Shown here one piece after another: positions 25,401-38,438 of a stretch of 64,000 nt of DNA (position 1 is its first letter; each line of letters begins with the position of its first letter). The notes under the pieces are model-generated. The model was not told where the DNA came from, made no database searches, and saw nothing but the letters and a program-made list of their open reading frames with translations. Source of the stretch: Botryllus schlosseri (Eukaryota); assembly GCA_051294905.1 (NCBI GenBank), contig CM119372.1:4590001-4654000 (forward strand), given 5' to 3'. Made by a program: the position numbers and the translations under genes.

Positions 25401-28400
25401 TCGGGAGTCCAGCAAAGGTCAAAACACATACATCCGACTCGTACACAGCAGAATTTACGCTGATTTGCAGGACATATTCATCTTGTTTTGTATCGAAATA
25501 GTGTTTTAATGGTCGGTGATGCACATATTGTGGTCGATTTTTGTGTTTGTGACTGTAGTCGAAATTTTATGGTTTGCGGATGGGTTCCCCAGGTTAGTAA
25601 AAGTTGATAACCACTGTCGCATTCCGAAACTCCTCGGTGAATTTCGCATTACCCATCACACTGTTGAATTTACAATGTGTAGTATCGTGTAACCTCCCTT
25701 AGCCGCCGCAGAGCCAATTATAATTTTTATTTATTAAGAAAAATAAAAAATTAAGATTTCAAATTTTTCTGTCAACCCCATGGAATTGTTGAGTTGTCTT
25801 CAAAAACATTTTTGAAGACAACTCGACAATTTCATGGGGTCGACAAAATAATTAGAATTTTTTTTCAATTTTGCTTAATATCGGTAAATTAAAAATTTTG
25901 TGGCGGCTTACACTTGTTAGCATTTAACCAAATTTGGTGTGCCACGTTTTTTAGGGTAACCTGACAATTTAATCAGTGAATGGCTGGAATCCGAAAAAAC
26001 AGTTCTTTGTGAACAACCCTACTGTACACGTACAGTGGAAGCGGAGTTATTGCCGTCGAAAAATTTGGATTTGATTAAAATAGTATTTACGGTGAGCAGA
26101 ACTATAATAAATAAACAAAGAATCGGTCACCGTAAATACTATTTTATTCAAATCCAAATTTTTCGACGGCAATAACTCCGCTTCCACTGGTTGGAATTGA
26201 ACCAAATTTGGTGAGCATCGTTTCTATAGACAGCCTAACACTTTCATGGGGTGAACAGAAAATTTTCAAATTTTTCTATTATGTATTTTTATATAATAAA
26301 TAGAAACTTTCTTCTCCTGTAGCCAAGCGGTTACTGGCTGGAATTGAACCATATTTTGTGTGTAGGCTTAAATTAGGTAACCTAACAATTTTATCAAGTA
26401 GCCAGTACGATTTGAGAAAAAAAGTCATTTTTGAAGAGCCCTACTGTGCATTCTCATTGACCACGGTTAAAAAGGCTGTCAGGCGACCAGCACCAAACCC
26501 TTTTGTTCAACATACAACAACAACAACCTGTCGTATCGCTCCACGCTGGCCAGCTTCGATTTCCCGTCGTACCCGCCAACACAGTAGACATGACCGCCCA
26601 AGGCCGCCATACGATGCTGCCGCCGGCCCTTATGCAGCGATGCTCCCCTCACCCAGCTGTTCAGATGTGACTGAAAGAGAGAACAGGTCAGGTTTATTCA
26701 CAGGGATTGCCGCAATGATTCGACTATACTCGAATCTGAATCGAGTATTAATCCTAATGATTCAATTCTAGTAGTAAGATATAATGTCGTTCGAGCACTG
26801 GAACGATACGCTACTTGCCACTGTAACTCTTATAACAGTTAATTTATCAACGAAAATTATAGTTTCGATACTATTTTACACTGTGTAAGCCTGCAAACCT
26901 TGATTGATCATTGCGTACGAAGCATGTTGTTCGAAACACAAACAAAGTGTAATTAAATATTGGCGTTATTTTATTTGTGGTTGCGTAAAACGCATATATT
27001 TCGACTTTAAACGTCATTAATACAGCTGCGATGTCATAACGCGTGATACTCGACTCGAAGAGAATCGTCGAGAGTGTGAAATGTTGTGATGGCGATGCCC
27101 TTTTGTGATACGCTTTATCAAAACATACGCATAGTTTTATCGCACCTGCGAATTCTACGTTACCATTCAAATATAGTCAACGGATTTTTGATTGTCAATA
27201 TTCGATATCCGCGCACATTCTTTATCGCGAGCGCCGAATAGCGCGATTTAACAATGGAAAACGTAAAGCCGGGAATAGCACGCGCGGGCATTGTGCATTG
27301 TACACCACCAATCGTGGATGACGCATACAAGGTTAACTGATTCGGTTAATGGCTAGTTTCATGTCACGATTTCAATTATTGCGCCAAACGTAATCTATGG
27401 CTCAACTGAACATAGCGGAATTGGCCATTATGAATTAGACTAATTAGAACGCAATGCCGCTTATATAATTCCAAACGTTTCTACGCTCAAATCCAATTTC
27501 TGGATTTCCCGAAAATGCGGACTTGAAAAACTAGATAATCCGAGTTGCCTAATTAAACTAATTTAGAGCAAAATGCCGGTAATGTAATTGTAATCTAATT
27601 TGTGTAATGTTTCTACGCTCTAATTTTAATTTTAACCGAATTTCTGCTTTTCGTAAGACTTGGAAAACTAGATAATTCGAGTTGCCTAATTAAACTAATT
27701 TAGAGCAAAATGCCGGTAATGTAATTCAATCTAATTTGTGTAATGTAATTCGGGATTTATTTCAATGCCAGAGTTTTTGCAAATTCAGCAATTCTTATTC
27801 GAATCTGATTTGGAAGAAAATCGGTGCAGCTATAATTCTAATTCCAAACAAATTTTAAAATGCTTGAAATTATCTAGATTATCTATTTGCTAACACCGCT
27901 CCTAAGACGCAACCCGCACAACGTATAGCAAGCGCTCACCTGATACAGCCAAACATCTTTCGCGTGGATTTTCCCGCCGCTGAGTATAATACTGTTCCCG
28001 AACGAAGTGACTGCGTATTCCGCTTTGGTGTAGGCCGGAATTTTGGCTAGCTGGGTCCAGGTCTGCGCGACCGCGTCGTACGCCTCCACGTAGGGCATGT
28101 TGTAGCCGCCGTCTCTGTCGCAGCCGCCCACGATCACGACAGCCTCGACGCAGCCCGTCGAGCGCCGAGGTCGGGTGCGCGCGCTGTTGGATTCGTTTAC
28201 GGTGCCTGAGAGTTGGACAATGGACATTAGACAACTATAGACATTTTCACCTTTTCCATATCATGATCAGAATTAGAATTACAGCTACACAGATTTTTTC
28301 CACAATAGATTTTGATTCGAATAATAGCTTCACAGTTTTGCCCAAATTATATTATTATTATAATTACTGAATACGCAGAAACTTTGAAGTACGTGCGTGC

Positions 28401-31400
28401 ACTAGGGCTCTTCAAAAATGACTTTTTTTCTCAAATCGTACTGGCTACTTGACAAAATTGTTAGGTTACCTAATTTAAGCCTACACACAAAATTTGGTTC
28501 AATTCCAGCCATTAACCGCTTTGCTACAGGAGAAGAAAGTTTCTATTTATTATATAAAAATAAATAATAAAAAATTTGAAAATTTTCTGTTCACCCCATG
28601 AAAGTGTTAGACTGTCGATAGAAACGAGGCTCACCAAATTTGGTTCAATTCCAACCAGTGGAAGCGGAGTTATTGCCGTCGAAAAATTTGGATTTGATTA
28701 AAATAGTATTTACGGTGACCGATTCTTTGTTTATTTATTATAGTTGTGCGATTGTTCGACGATTGGAGTATTTGGTTGTATTAAGGTAAGCATCGTATTG
28801 TGAGGCGTGAGCCCTTGCGATGTGTTGACCCTTACATATTTAACCAGACTTTCCAATCACTCTCACACCCAGGACGAGTATGGCCGCCAGGCTTTCATAG
28901 TCCGAAACCGGGATCTGAAACCGCTTGACGGGGCAGTATCCCAGGCACAAGTATGGTAGCGGAGGGATATGCGGCCACTGACGCACCCCTCCAAAGCCTG
29001 CTTGTGCCAGCTCTTTGGAGCCAACAGGGCAGGGTTTTTTCGCCGGGTTCTCCGGTTTTTTCCCGCAAAACCCCTGTTGGTCGCACCGTATACCCGAAGA
29101 GTAAAATTAAGAAGAAAAAAGAAGACGAACCGTAGTAAACATGGGTTCTTCGTGTCCTTTTCGACACCTAGTAACCCTATTACCATCGGGGAGTGCCTAC
29201 AGCTGGGTGGAATATCTCAGCTGTAGTCACAACTATCCCCACGGGGGGAGGTTGGCTGTGGCCCCTCCAGACCCCTAAAAAAATGAGCATCGTTTCTATA
29301 GACATTAGACAGTCTAACACTTTCATGGGGTGAACAGAAAATTTTCAAATTTTTTATTATTAATTTTTATATAATAAATAGAAACCTTCTTCTCCTGTAG
29401 CAAAGCGGTTAATAGCTTGAATTGAACCAAATTTTGTGTGTAGGCTTAAATTAGGTAACCTAACAATTTTGTCAAGTATAGCCAGTACGATTTGAGAAAA
29501 AAAAAGTCATTTTTGAAGAGCCTTAGCGTGCATACAAGGACGCACCCAATATATGATATTTTCTTGTCTCGAGGAGGATTTGCTGACAGTCCGGATTACC
29601 CGCGATCATCTCGTCGCATTCAATGTCATTCATAAAGTAGCTCGGATGGATCAAAGGCAGTCGGACGTAGGACAAAATTTCAGCCAACTCGCGGGATCTG
29701 TAAGGCAGTAAAATAAAGCGTGCTGGAGTTGAAAATTTTCTGTGCGAATCCACAAGCGGGGCTATATGAAGGAGCTTCCTGCCTTACCGTGATTCGATAT
29801 CGTGTTGGATCCATCTTTTGACCGCTTCGTATACCACTTCCTCGCGCGGTACATTTATGGCGTCGTCCATGATATATTCGACGATCCGATGTTTTGGTAG
29901 CTCCATGAACTCTTCATGCTGTCACGAAAATAAAGCTCAATGGTACGGCACCTATCTTAAAGATAAACTCTGGAGATTGTGCTACGGCGTGCAGGCCCCC
30001 GTTTACATAATATATTCGTATCGACATAAACCTAAATATTTTCGGCTGACACCCGTCAGGGGTTAGATTTCATCTTCGAAATACGATAGTTGATATACAA
30101 TGTTCTTTCCAATTCTCTACCAGCTGCTGACGATTACCCCTGACGAGCGTCAGCCGAAATATTCGGGTTCACTTCAGTATGAATATATTATTCAATTGTG
30201 TATTGCAGTTCCGCAGTTCCAAAAAGCTCTTCAAATAAATTCTTCTATAGCAGTTTATGTATATAAGTGCCACTGTGATTATGGCTACGTGGGAAAAACC
30301 AAACAACGTTTGCAGGACAGTATAAAATAGCATGTCGCTAGATTAGAACACGCGCGTCACGCTCGGTGAAAGGCTTGATTCAGAACAAGCAAATGTCATA
30401 AAAGTCTGCCATTGGCAAACATTTGTTGGATAATCCTGTTTGCGCGAAAAATTATCGAGACGTGTTGTCGGTAGATGTCGTTCACACTTTCATTTGGGTG
30501 CCTTGAAGTCGACTTTTATCAAAATACGCCAACCAAATCTGTGCTTACAGAAGGAGTTGTGTTCCTTCTAAGAACAGCACATTGAGCTTAAGCGCTCTCT
30601 TCGCCCCGATTATTCGACATTTCATGCCTGAGTTGATATGCAATGTTCTTTGCAATTCTCTACAAGTTGCCGACGATGACCCCTGACGAGTGTCAGCCGG
30701 AAATATTCGGGTTCATTTCAATATGAATATACTGCACTACTGCAGTGTTCATTTGTAAATTCTTCCATGGTAAATCCGCATTTTCCAGAGTTCTAGCGTC
30801 ATCTAACGGAAAAGCTCACACTCACTCGGGTCACATCAGAAAACCGTTCCGTGATCATAACAGATGCCTTTCGGTGCAAATCGGCGAGCGAATGTGCCTC
30901 AGCGAAGTCTTTCATTCTTATGCAGTTACACGGGTCCAGCTGCGCTTCGAGGAAGCGGCTACAAGCCTCGGTAAGGGGATTGATCTGAAATAGATCGTAT
31001 ACAAGTGAGACATATAAATAATTTATCTATTTGAAGATGATATTTAAAAGTCAAACTTTTGGTGGCTATTGAACACAACGAACAGATCATCATCATTGGT
31101 ACGCTTGTAAATGAGAAATAACATTGAAATGGTGCGCACATTAGTCATAAATAGGTAAATATCGCATTCGTTTTTAGAAAGTATCTCATCAATATGTTTC
31201 AGGCCCCGGGGGCGGGAAAGTTATAAGACACATATGGAAGGTGGTATCCGAACTAAGAATTACGCCCACCATATGCTGTGAAATTCGACTGTACGACGCC
31301 GAAAGTCGTAATAGGGATAACTTAATTCGACCATTGGATAGTAAATTCAGACCAAAGTGAAAACAATCAGCGTTGCTACACTCAAATACCTACTTGAGTA

Positions 31401-32958
31401 CTCCGTAAAAGTACAAGTACTTTGTTACTGTTTATATACACATCGCATATATTGTCAATACTGACGACCGGAGCCTAAATTCGATGACTATTCTAGTGAC
31501 ATAGTTAATTGTGTGACTTGGTGTCATTTTCGAAATGATGTTATGGTCAGTTTCGAACCGAATGCGCGAACTTAAGTCTTCTGGCACGTTTTCAAGGCTG
31601 TTCATCGAATCCTATGATATCATTACTCTAAGTTTAGCTTCAGCGGTCAGTTGGCAGCAGATATAAACGACTATACACGAACGAAATAATCTCAAGAGTT
31701 GGGATATCGCTATAGCATAAAAGTGAGAGAGTTGTGGTCGGTCAATACACAGAGTGCTGGAAGTTTATCTAGGCTCCTCCTCGCCATCCCATCTATGTAT
31801 GCGGCGTCTTATAAAAGCCTAGAAGTTGGCCGTGCTACAAGCCGGCATCTACGGAATACAAATGAAGAAAATTGGCCTGGTGTAAATGGCCAATGACCAT
31901 AGTAGTTGACAAACACCATGAATACCACAAACAACAACACAGAGTACTCAGACTATCGACCAAGACAACAGCTGTGTGTGTGACCGAACATAACATTGCC
32001 AGTCTGATTGTAAGCTCTTCAAAGGCAAATACCTGAAACAGGTTGGACGCCTCTAGCAGCAATTGCACATTCGCGGCCGTTATTGTAACGGTAGAAGTGT
32101 ACAAATACCCCAGCAACAGTTCCATGATGCGGCCTCCCATCCCGTTGATTTGCACCAGCATTTCGCGGGACTCGCGATGGTCGTTGCAGAACATCGCGCG
32201 AAAATATTTGCTTTCTGTTGATTTCAAAACAATTCGTGTCACGCGTGAACTCGCGAACTCCATTACGTAACTACATCGTCCGCATACGCGGGTGTGTATT
32301 TAGCGGCCAAGACATGCTTTGTTATCGATATCACAAGGTCCGGGGAACATTATCTACACAAGCAAAGCAGTAGGAGACTTCTGGTTATCACGTGGATAGA
32401 TCAGATTTCAAAATATTGTTCTGTGGGAATGGCCTACTGTAAATATTCCTGCCTGAACAAACATCGGTCCATTAGGCTTGTAGAACCATGGATGCAACTA
32501 TGCAGGATGAAAACTTGAGAAGGACCATGATGTTGCGTCGCAAACTCGCAATAACTCGCTCGAGCTCTAGTCATAATGAATAAGTCGAAAACTTGATAGT
32601 TAGCCGCTCCCCGGCAACGCCCACGCGTGCCGCTGGTACTACGTAGAGTTCAGTGGACATTATGCAAGCGACTATCATGTCGCGCAAGACAAGTATGCTG
32701 CTGCGGCTATATACGCTTACCTGCAACAAGTACAGCTCTGTGGCACGGAAATTCGCGACCGTCAGCCGATAATATGACATCAGTGAAGGCGTTCTCGGCC
32801 CGAAGCTGGTTGAAGCACGATAAAACCGATGCAGCGTGCTTTTCGTTTTTGAATGTGAACTCGTTGTCTGGTCTTTGCGCTACGTCCATGGCTTGCTTTT
32901 TTATAACAGGCGGATTAACAGTCACAGACGAACTAGTCCTTCTTAAGCGTAGCGGCAT
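22464..32958 (-). CDS. KLHL24: Kelch-like protein 24-like (BTB-BACK-Kelch CUL3 adaptor), complete 11-exon CDS, 595 aa
   Basis: Minus-strand exons 32958-32721, 32214-32033, 30984-30826, 29918-29788, 29697-29546, 28205-27940, 26670-26528, 23350-23224, 23157-23049, 22977-22852 and 22618-22464. All are GT-AG and phase-consistent, totalling 1788 nt. Peptides YFRAMFCNDHRESREMLVQING, RTRPRRSTG, YTKAEYAV and HGCVTIHRF match vertebrate KLHL24 as I recall it; KLHL35 is the close paralog. Confidence 0.93.
23437..24005. mobile_element. Foldback MITE with CATAG termini (P-superfamily-like)
   Basis: The whole 569 bp is an imperfect palindrome (CATAGTGTCCTAAATGGTG ... CACCATTTAGGACACTATG). Flanks GTTTCAC / TTTTCAC suggest a ~7-bp TSD. 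The superfamily assignment is inference. Confidence 0.8.
24006..24503. repeat. Degenerate tandem repeat, ~4 units of 120-160 bp
   Basis: Units begin TTTC(A/G)CAGAATATGA at ~24007, 24126, 24257 and 24419. Confidence 0.75.
28403..29525. mobile_element. Palindromic hAT MITE (TAGGGCTCTTC family) with a foreign ~530-nt internal cassette
   Basis: Both termini present; TSD GCGTGCAC / GCGTGCAT (7 of 8 match); 28750-29283 replaces part of the right arm. Confidence 0.85.
30126..30168 (+). ncRNA. Minimal hammerhead motif, stem III one nt shorter
   Basis: ACCC-CTGACGA(30140-46)-G-CGTCAGC-C-GAAA-TAT-TC-GGGT. Confidence 0.55.
30669..30712 (+). ncRNA. Minimal hammerhead motif, variant (GGAAATATTC)
   Basis: ATGACCC-CTGACGA(30683-89)-G-TGTCAGC-C-GGAAATATTC-GGGTTCAT; one A>G change in the GAAA region. 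Confidence 0.45.
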
Positions 32959-35900
32959 TACTAATTAATATATCTTTTGACTGTTAATATAGATGAGACA
33001 ACTATTAATTCATATCTGCCTCCGATATGTATGTATTCGGATACATTTCCTCCGGACATCAATAGTAATCAATAATCGTCAGATTATATCCTTCGCAAAC
33101 CGTTCGAGATTTCATTCACTCAAGCTCACGTGGGTAATTCCGTGACTAACAGTCACCCAGCATCAGCAAACGACACAAAGACATTAGCCTGAACCCAAAA
33201 AGATCTGCGTTATATCAACTATGTTGAATCACGTGATTTCGTGGATCCGCTGAAACAAAGAACAGTTGCGCGTCTGGAATTTGAGAATTTCGTACTATTA
33301 TGGCCTGTGTTAGCTAGCTGAACGCTGTCCCTTCAAAGAGACACTTAAAATATACATAAACGCATGTAGGCCTATACGGAGTGGAAATTTTCCGCTCACC
33401 TACACTCGACTACATTACATCAAGGTAAACAAATGGAAAGCGTAGTAAACATCTCTCTCTTTCGCGCTATTGATGACATGGTCATCTCGTGTTTGAGAAT
33501 AATTCAATAGTGGCGGTAAATTCCCTTCGTGAGGTGATTTTCACTTTTGATTGTTATCATTGGAGTGGGTTTCGTAATTGGCTAAGTCTGAAAAGTGTTC
33601 TTTTTACGTTACATGCATTTATTGTTGAACTCGTCGGGATTAAGTTTCAATATTTGCTTCAAAATGTGAAACACAGACTAACATAGCTTCTTTACGGTAT
33701 AGTGCTCCTGTTTATATAATTCTGTCTTAATCTGGAATAGAACTGGCAGTCTGGTTCCAATCCTGTTTCCGAAAAACTGACCGTTTCCTGTTTCATTGGA
33801 ATCCATCATCATGATCCTGTACACAAGATGAGTTCCTGGGTCTATCGATATACTACCACTATGCTAATAATTATCGACGGATTACACCACTTTAATGTGA
33901 GATGTGCATTGTGCAATGTGCATGTATCGATTGACTGGTAAAGGACGATTACTAATCTCCTGCAAAGGCTACGACATCTACTGAACAAGACATAGTCTGA
34001 TGCATGGAGTAATTGACAGTAGAAACGTCGTAACAGTGAAATTCAGTTCTCGTTACGACATTTCAAGTTAGCATTATAGTTAAGTTCTACTCGCTGATTG
34101 CTAAAGCTGTTTTTCGTAACGTTACCTCGCGAAATTCATGTGAATTGTACGTTTACGACGTAGCCTACTTGTGTTACGTTGCCATAAGCATTAGTCATTA
34201 TTTTAGGAGTTTCGTGTTCATTTAGTCTTATTCTCCAATCGCTTTTCATTCTTTACTCAAAATTAGACTCTGCACTCTGCAGTCAACCACTCGCATATTA
34301 TATCTTGTTATAGCTTGAGCTGTATACACCTCGGATGAACTTGGCGAGAATGATGAATCGTCAGCGATGACGATACGTAATGCATGTGATATATTGCAAC
34401 CTAACAAGTAAATGACGTAATAATTTTCAAAATTTAATACGAATGACTATGTTGTCTTCAAATATGCGTTCAGTCAAGTGCATATAGCATAAATGTAATT
34501 CCATGTAATCGTAATCGTAATCGCGCGATTACGAAGTTATTCTAATCGCAATAATCATTGACATTTATGCAGTAATCGTCCCATGTGTGACCACTATTGC
34601 TATGCAAAATCTTCGATGAGGTGCCACGTCACGTCAAAGCGCAATTTCATTGACTGTAATCCACAAAGCCAAATTTGATTAGATCCCTGTTATTTGTTCA
34701 AGAGTCCTATGTATTTTTGTCTGGGTGATAAATAGATCACAGTTTTCAATATCAATTTCACCTACCTACAAATGCCTCTTCATATTCATTATCTGTTTTT
34801 ATACTTCTGTTTTCACTATTTTTTCGTCATGTTATTCTCTTATTGGTGGCTGTAGGCCATAAGCACAGACCGATGGTGGCAAACCTGCGGCGTAGAAGGA
34901 AATTAGTGCGGCTGTGGGATACGTAATTCAACTAGTATGTGTTGGCTGCCGTCGACATGCAATTGGAATTTACGAATTGACTCCCGATTTCTTGAGAGAT
35001 TTTAACTGATCGTGAAATTTTCTTCGCGCTGAGCACGATTCAATGGGACTTCGTTTTTGGATCTAAATATATAGTAGCGCCCTTTCCAATCAGCGCCCAC
35101 AGCACAGATTCGAAGAGCATTGGAAAATGATGCGCCCCATATTGCTATACAAACTCGCAATCGTGTGGGCCTAACTATACCAACAATCCTGATGGGAAGT
35201 CACGAAATAACGGCATGCAACAAAGTGACTAAGAACAATTGGCTCACCCGAAGACGCCGCATCATTTATAACTTGCCCTAAATTTTAGAAAACGCCCTCT
35301 CCATCAACTTTACCAGTGAATCTGATCACATGGGCTAAGAAAGGGTAACAGTCTGATAGTAATCTGTAAAACTACTAATATTAATGAAGAAATTCATTAG
35401 TGAAACTGAAAAATAATTCGCGACTGTGAACAGTCCCATAACATGACCATGACCACGCAATCATCACTCACGACTTTGCTGCGTATAGTAAGCCTATGAT
35501 TAAATAGCTTAGTCCGGAGTTAACCGGAAATGGCCACAGACACTTTAAAATGAGTATTTGACGTCCAGCTAGTTCATTACGACAATGCCCTGGAATGCGG
35601 CCGTAGGCTACATCAGTTGTCAAAATGCGGCCATGAACGGCAAACAGGTTGGCCAGCCCTGGTAGCCTATATAGACCATGACAAGTCGGTTCGAACCCTT
35701 CCTTTTTTTCCACCACATCCCTTTATCGTTGTATTGGAACTGATGAAGCTCTTAATAAAACTAAACGTTCAAACACCAGCGATTTCATCAATTCTCAAAA
35801 ACAGGTGAATTTTTCCCACTTTGTGATCGGTTGACTAAAAAAAAGGTCATCTTTTCCGCTCAGAGCTCAAAATACCGTTTTTCTCTCCACATTACCAGGT

Positions 35901-36266
35901 GGATGGCTAGAAAAAAAAAAAGGTCAAATTTTCGCTCAGAGCTAAATACACCCTTTTTCACTCCTAAATACCCGCCGGAGCTTCACTTCTGTGCTAATTT
36001 GCGGCATATCACTCGCAATTTGCTCTAAATCTGACCTAAAATTTCAAAAAAGAGGACAAAAGGGCATCCTCCGAGGACACTTTCAAAAAAGAGGACAAAT
36101 CCTCTTGAAAGTAAGCCTAATCAATCAATCAATCAATCAGGTTTATTAATATTTTCATCGTTTCAAGACATCATAAGACTGCGATACAATGAAAAGATAG
36201 GAAGGTGTCGAAACAACTTGGAGTATAGCCATTAAGATCAGACACCCACCTTAGCCTAGGCGAAGT

Positions 36267-37230
36267 AGGGGAGATGTGGTACCGATGGATCCATGGGACC
36301 GAAAATACTTTGAAAATTCTCTATGATAATTCCATGATTACACTCCGTGAACTTGTCTACAATTGCATGCTGGCAAAATCTTTCCTCACATACATAAAAA
36401 TTCGACGTGCGCGAGCTATGGGGTCTCTCACAGATGTTTTTTGTTTTGGGGGGTGTAAACTAAATTTAGATCGACATATACCTTTTTCTTTGTAACCTTC
36501 AACACAAACGAACTAGCAATCATTTTTATTTTGAAGTGTAGGGCTTGTGCCAGGCTATATAATGGCACCTATTATTTTTTTCAGTACCTTCCTTGAGTTG
36601 AATTTTTTTCGATTCATGTATAAAATTCGTAGGGTGGGGACCGATGATACAATAGCCAAATCAAGCAAAATAATCAAGCATACTAATCATAAAACAAATG
36701 AAACATGCATATGTACAGAAAATCTTCATGTAATAATTGCATATGACGTTTTATCGCTATATCGAGGTATTTGGAAGTCACACTGTCGATTTTCAGGCAA
36801 TATGTATGTACACTCAAATTTATAAGTTCGAGCCTAAATCGAGACGTGATTTTATGACAACATTTCAGTTAATATTTATTCTATTTTTTGACGGTTGCGA
36901 CCTAATATTCTTCTTTGGCTTGTTGTAGCTTAGATTATAATACTGAGCAAGAAAAGTTGTCACATCTGAGTTTTTTAGGGTGTATGTGTCATAGGTCCCC
37001 GGGTCGTGTGCCATTGGACCCATCGGGTGGGGACCGATGACACGTTCGAGCAACAAATTTCGAACGTCCATAAATATTTTTTGAAAAGACGGATATTCAT
37101 GTATATGTGCGCGATAGGTAGAGCTTGTATCAAAGTGCTGAGCCAGCAAAAGATCTGCTGTTTTCGGCTGAACATTTTGGGGCCAGCGTTCATTTTCCAA
37201 TTTTTGATCCATCGGTACCACATCTCTCCT
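36267..37230. mobile_element. Non-autonomous TIR DNA transposon, superfamily unassigned
   Basis: 25-bp TIR AGGGGAGATGTGGTACCGATGGATC with 1 mismatch; internal GGGTGGGGACCGATGA repeated at ~36632 and ~37025. Confidence 0.75.
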
Positions 37231-37423
37231 GAATAAGAGGCATGCACACAGAATGAAAAGTAATGCAGAGAATATAAGACGCAAGCGACCAAAACCTCAA
37301 GTGAGAGTAGTGCTACTAGTTGGATAGAATATAGTTGCTTTGGAAAGCAAATTTTGGTAAGGGGCAGATCGATGTGTAGTTCGATTAAAATGGTATCTAC
37401 AATGCACGGGATAAAAAGGACGG

Positions 37424-37424
37424 C

Positions 37425-37456
<32 letters not shown>

Positions 37457-37457
37457 C
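37424..37457. repeat. (ACA)n microsatellite
   Basis: About 11 CAA units; this explains the poly-Val run in ORF 36975-37469. Confidence 0.9.
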
Positions 37458-38438
37458 TGGATAGGACATAATATCTTATCTATCAGCGATCAGCATCCAA
37501 GCCGTCCCTTCACTCGACCCCTGGTGGTTTGTCACAAACCAAAAGTATCAACACTAGAGGTCCCTGTACCCTAAGAATGCCGCTGGTTGTTTTTATGGTG
37601 ATTTTAGAAAATACGGTACTACGGTAGATCTCGTTCCCGGGTCGCGGGTTTGCTAACTGGCTATGCGCTGTTCGCTGCCGTGGGAGGTTGAGCTGCGAAT
37701 CCAGGTATATGCGTAATGCGCTTAGTTGAGTTATGTCGAATGACAGCGAGAGAAACTTTACTGCCATCAAAATACTTGATTTAGTTATAGTAATTAAAGC
37801 AATAAATATGACATTGTTGTCCACTGTCCAGTGAAGCTATAGTATAAATTCATTTGTTCTCCCAAGTCCCATCGGTTCAAAATCACCACAGGATTGCGAT
37901 ACGACAGAAAGATGGAAGGATCCAAGGTCTATTTGTTTATAACGCAGCAAATTCTTGATGCATAGCATGTCCTAATCCAGGTATATGTGTCCCTCCTATG
38001 CTAGAGCTATGTGCCTAAAGCCCCGTCTCCCTGAAATAGATCAAAAAGCTATGTTTTAGTCTTGTAGCTATGGCGTTAGATGAAGTTATTTGACGTTAGC
38101 CATTTAGTTAGTGAGCTCTTCGAATTTGTAATAATTGCTAAGGTTGAGTATTTTTCCAACCAGTTAGCAGCTATAGCCTAGCAGTATTCGGTTTGGATGA
38201 GATGATGAAAGATTGAAAGATAATGAAAATATTGGTCATCTCCTGACATATAAGACCTTATTTTTTATTGATGTGTTTTGCCACCATTGCCCGGATATAA
38301 CTTCACTAAAAGTCCTATAGGCAAAAGGAATATTATGACTGGTATGTCTTTTACACTTTACAGCGTCGCTGATCGCTACAATACCTGATTTGTAGACCAT
38401 CATGTGGACTGATCATTAATTGAAACGGATATACAAGC

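Larger units (their letters stand above)
30010..30732 (+). mobile_element. Decayed Penelope-like retroelement: inverted pLTR fragment, pLTR, GIY-YIG endonuclease remnant, pLTR
   Basis: Between two same-strand hammerhead-bearing repeats lie the translations VYVYKCHCDYGYVGKTKQRLQDSIK*H (from 30253), SAIGKHLLDNPVCAKNY (~30405) and FIKIRQPNLCLQKE (~30514). These resemble the C-terminal GIY-YIG domain of Penelope/Poseidon elements and contain stops and frameshifts. Located in KLHL24 intron 3. Confidence 0.8.

Noticed and set aside
28868..28915. GGACGAG...CCGAAAC hammerhead-like string in the structured cassette
   Set aside because: Lacks CTGA and a convincing stem I or stem III.
36865..37469. ORFs of 139 and 164 aa on the minus strand
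   Set aside because: They overlap a TIR element and an (ACA)n microsatellite; no recognisable domain.
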